From Bugula neritina (taxonomy: Eukaryota > Animalia > Bryozoa): a DNA stretch of 64,000 nt. The stretch spans positions 6,458,698-6,522,697 of the forward strand of contig OZ037765.1 in the NCBI GenBank assembly GCA_964035545.1. Reading direction: 5' to 3'. The notes below the pieces were generated by a model, which searched no databases, had not been told where the DNA came from, and saw only the letters and a list, made by a program, of their open reading frames with translations. This document shows, in pieces, positions 60,316-64,000 of this stretch. Position numbers and translations under genes: made by a program. Each line of letters starts with the position of its first letter. Positions within the stretch are counted from its first letter, which is position 1.

Positions 60316-62699
60316 TCGTCAATACAGCTACTGTAACGGTGCTTTCCATTTGATCAACTCTAACAAATGCAATTGCTCACTCCATCCAAGGTTCAACTGT
60401 AATACTTGCTGAAACATTTCAAGACTGTTAATTTAATTTTATAAATCAAATATTTTCAAGAGCCAATCAAGACTTCAAATTTTCTTCTGTATATTTTACA
60501 TGTTTATTACCTGTATTAACTAAATTCTTTATACATTCGATATAGTACTAGTACTATAAATAGATTAGCTATTCCTGAATGATAAATTGCAAATTATCTG
60601 CAAAGAAGTGCAGTACCAATAAAAATAATGAAACCTTTCCCAAATATTTATTTTACTATCTTTGTTTTTGCTTTACAATGCACTGGTGGATTGATATTGG
60701 GCAAAAATATTTTCATTCAAGGTAAAGTCTTGCTTACTTCAACCTTGAAACTTGTTTACCCATTTGTTCATTCTGGGGTTGAAAATTTTTTCATATTGCC
60801 AAATTATTTATCATTTAATAGAAAGTTGGATATATAAATAATTATGTGCTTTCTATTGGATATATTATGCGATTTTGTTATTTGCAACATCTAAAGAGAG
60901 TACAACTCTTAATTATAAAAAGTCATGGAATAAATTCAGCCAATATAAAATGCCTATTCAGCAAGCCAAACTTGGTTCATTATCATAAAATATAGTGACC
61001 ATGTAGGCATGTGTTATGCACGACCAAATATTCACCACAAGTTGCTTAGTACTATTGGAAATACATTTCCACTGACTAGATGCTTAGTTTCAAGACATTT
61101 TATAAGTAAAATATACATTTTACAAGTCAGTAAAGTGTTATTATTAGGCATACAATGAAATAAAATAGGTTTAATGTATTAAATTAGAATAATTCATAGC
61201 AGTAGCCTAATGTAGGTGTTAGATCGCCAGTTACAGATATTGCAGCTTTGAGCATCAACTACAAAATATACTGATGAAAATCTATTAATGCTAGTGAGTA
61301 GATTAAATAGTCTAGCTGGTACTAAAAGCTTGAGTATAGTTAGCAGTTCTTGTGGACCCAGGCTATTTGATAAATAATAACAATCTCCAAACCAATAAAG
61401 ATAAAATGATAAAATTTTCAAACTAATAAAGTTTCCTGCATAAAATTATTGTGAGCTTCTTTTATAACCACATTGTTTCTATGCATATGTAAACAAACTA
61501 CAAACATCAAGTTTAGACATTATATTATAACTTGTATTCAGAACTAGGTTAATCAGTGTTTACACTTCCTACTGATTTTATTTGACAGAATTTAACAAAG
61601 AAGAATACATGATCCTCTTTTATCAATTAATAAATTAACATGTTTCATCCTGATTTTAGTAAATGCACTGTATGCATACTTCTTGTGTATTTTAGTAATA
61701 AACATAATGGCCAACAGCAACCATGGTTTCAGTCATAGTTTGTGTATATGCTGACCTATTGTGGGTGTGGTGTAGGAATGAGCAAAACAATATCAATATT
61801 ATGTGTTATAATTTATTCGGAGTTGTGTTTTCATCAAACCAGGTTTGCACAGCAACATGCCTTTTCTTTTTATACAAATCTTCCCTTTTACTTTGCTCAG
61901 AACAGGTCAAATTATTACAATGCTATCTTGTATATAATTTCCACTTGAGTTATAAAAGCAACTGCCCTGAAACCTAAATACTGTGCATACCCTGTAAGCC
62001 CTGAAAACAAAAAAAACTTGCTTTTAGGAATAACTCAGTCCTAGTCTTCCATTGTAATACTGTTTATAAAAACTTTCCCTGAGAGACCAATAGTTTAACA
62101 TGGTGTTGGTACAGCACTAAAGAATGTAATGCAGATTTTACATCTGCTGAATTTTCCTAATTTTGTCTTTGCCTACAAATTCATCCAATGAATCATTTAG
62201 GATGGGCTACTACAATTAACTATCATGGTAATTTTTATAAAGAGTGAAAGCACATTTACTGCACATTTTCGAACAAGATTAGGCTCTACAAATGTTGAAA
62301 AACTGTTGCCAACGTAATCTGGCTATTTCAAAATCTTTGCTTAGAAAATCAACCACGTTTATATGTCCAACTTTGTGTCAAGTGACAAGTTATTTGTTGA
62401 GATAAAAAGATTTTACACCCCAATATGATCAGATGAGTGGAGAAGTTTCATGCTTGAAGCAGACAAGACTTAGTTTTGAATAACAATATTTTATCAGATA
62501 TCATTCAAACAAAAAAGGATGTTGACAATAAATCTCTACAGTTTTTTTTAATGTTTTATTGGTATTGCAATTCTTTACTTTGCAATTTCTTATTTACCTA
62601 ATTTATTTATGTTAATATATTTTCAATAAATATCAAGCATTTCCATTTATGCAAACAATCAATATCCAACAGTCAAACACATCAACTTAATAATTTCAA

Positions 62700-64000
62700 G
62701 GCCCATTGTTGTTGGAAGATGGAATGTCATTATGAGCTAAGAAGCCATTTCTTGTAATATTTTTGCAAGAGTTAGCTCGTTTGCTAATCTTATAGTGCTC
62801 ATATATTTTCGATTTTGCTATTAAATATGTTTTGTGGTCTATTATTTCTGCAAATACTGTTTCTATACTGTTCACTGCATCATATTCACTCACTCACTCT
62901 CAGTCTTGGTCTACCACTACACGTGAGTGTGACTAGTTCTTACATTTTGCCTCAGACCATTTGGGACAATCAAGATGAAACTTTGGTTATCTAAAGCAAC
63001 AAGCTTGTTCAGAGGTAAATAAAACATTTTTTTAACTTCACAGTTTAACAATACATTGTAGGCTGTGGCCCACTGATAGCGATATACTCATACTGATAGT
63101 GGGTCCTGTTGTCATCTAATTGTAGCCGGTAGGCTTGTTAGTTGTTGCTGGTTTACCTGACAAAGCTGAGGCAGACATTGCCAAGCTCATGAGTATTAAG
63201 GATCTACCACCTAGGGTAGGTGTGACAAGCAGTGTTTGTAGTTCATCTGGAATTTTTTTGAAATTATTCTTTCCTTTTGAATTATAGAGTTATGTTATGG
63301 TTTGTTGCTTTTAGTACATGTCTACTGCTCTGCTTCTCCGTAAAGCTTTTTTGGCTATATCTAAGATGAATAGCTACGATGCCTTTTTGATGATTGCTGA
63401 TGCCATGGCATGTGATCCTAAGAATGGTGATATATATCATCATCGAGGCCAGGTAATGTCAGACCAAGTTTATTGTAGTCGTCTTGTCGCTGTGCAGTAT
63501 TTTACACTGTACCACCATACACATGTCTTGGTTAACCTAGCTACTTTATAATTCTGGCTACAATTATATAATATTATAGATGTACTGAGAGTGCACGATA
63601 GCATTGATGCACAATCCAAGCGTGTGTTTATATGCTTGTGCTTGTGCTTTTGTGTGTGCTTGTTCGTCTGTGTGTATGTGTGTGCATACTGGACCAGCAA
63701 GTCTGGGCATGCTTTGTAATACCTAAAAATTTCCAGGGCCAAAATCCTCTAAAAATTAAAACTTAAAAATTGTCTTAGCAGTAAATAATTCATCTTCACC
63801 TGTTCTATATTCATCTCCTTCGAACTGAAAAATATGAAAACACCCCGTACACATATAATTTGCATAAAATAATACCAAACCTAGTTCAATTAGCAATGAA
63901 GGAACTTTGTTTTCTGTATAGTCAGTGTATTGTTGCATTTGCAGATTAACCTGCTGATGGGTGACATTACAAGCTGCATGGATGACACTGAAAAAGCCAT
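62700..64000 (+). pseudogene. Second TOM70-like copy with a deletion of about 4.1 kb; continues past the right edge
   Basis: 62700-63146 matches about 52310-52828, including exon 1 (62975-63014), then jumps to mid-exon sequence equivalent to 56942. Exons at 63315-63453 and 63944 onward match 57111-57245 and 57722 onward. Confidence 0.75.

Noticed and set aside
60400-62650. Additional gene between the two TOM70 copies
   Set aside because: Only short ORFs with no coherent splice chain or recognisable motif; possibly decayed TE sequence.

Overview
This is AT-rich, intron-containing genomic DNA from an animal, probably an invertebrate (inferred from gene structure and protein similarity). It is not prokaryotic, and I found no CRISPR array or rRNA. 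Gene order: 5' part of UBE4A (-, runs off the left edge); a very young 4.28-kb Ty3/Gypsy-type LTR element lacking pol (6577-10857); a decayed CR1-group LINE 3' end; NDUFS5 (+, missing from the ORF track); two tandem DBR1 lariat-debranching genes (-, one full length, one C-terminally truncated); MRPL20 (-, missing from the ORF track, exon 1 not found); TBRG1 (+); Na+/K+-ATPase alpha (-); TOM70-like (+); and the start of a second, internally deleted TOM70 copy. Introns and intergenic DNA hold SINEs, MITEs/foldbacks, a probable solo LTR and microsatellites. Best leads: (1) the pol-less LTR element, with intact gag, a hidden triple zinc-knuckle ORF behind a +1 frame change, a bipartite tRNA-Ser primer site and a satellite in its leader; (2) a truncated DBR1 paralog with intact metal ligands but altered RNA-contact residues; (3) a TBRG1 with an apparent N-terminal HARE-HTH domain; (4) a tandem array of copied 5' splice sites in the Na/K-ATPase gene; (5) a TOM70 copy that could splice into an anchor-less protein. 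All gene models were assembled by hand and homologies are recalled from memory; no searches were run.
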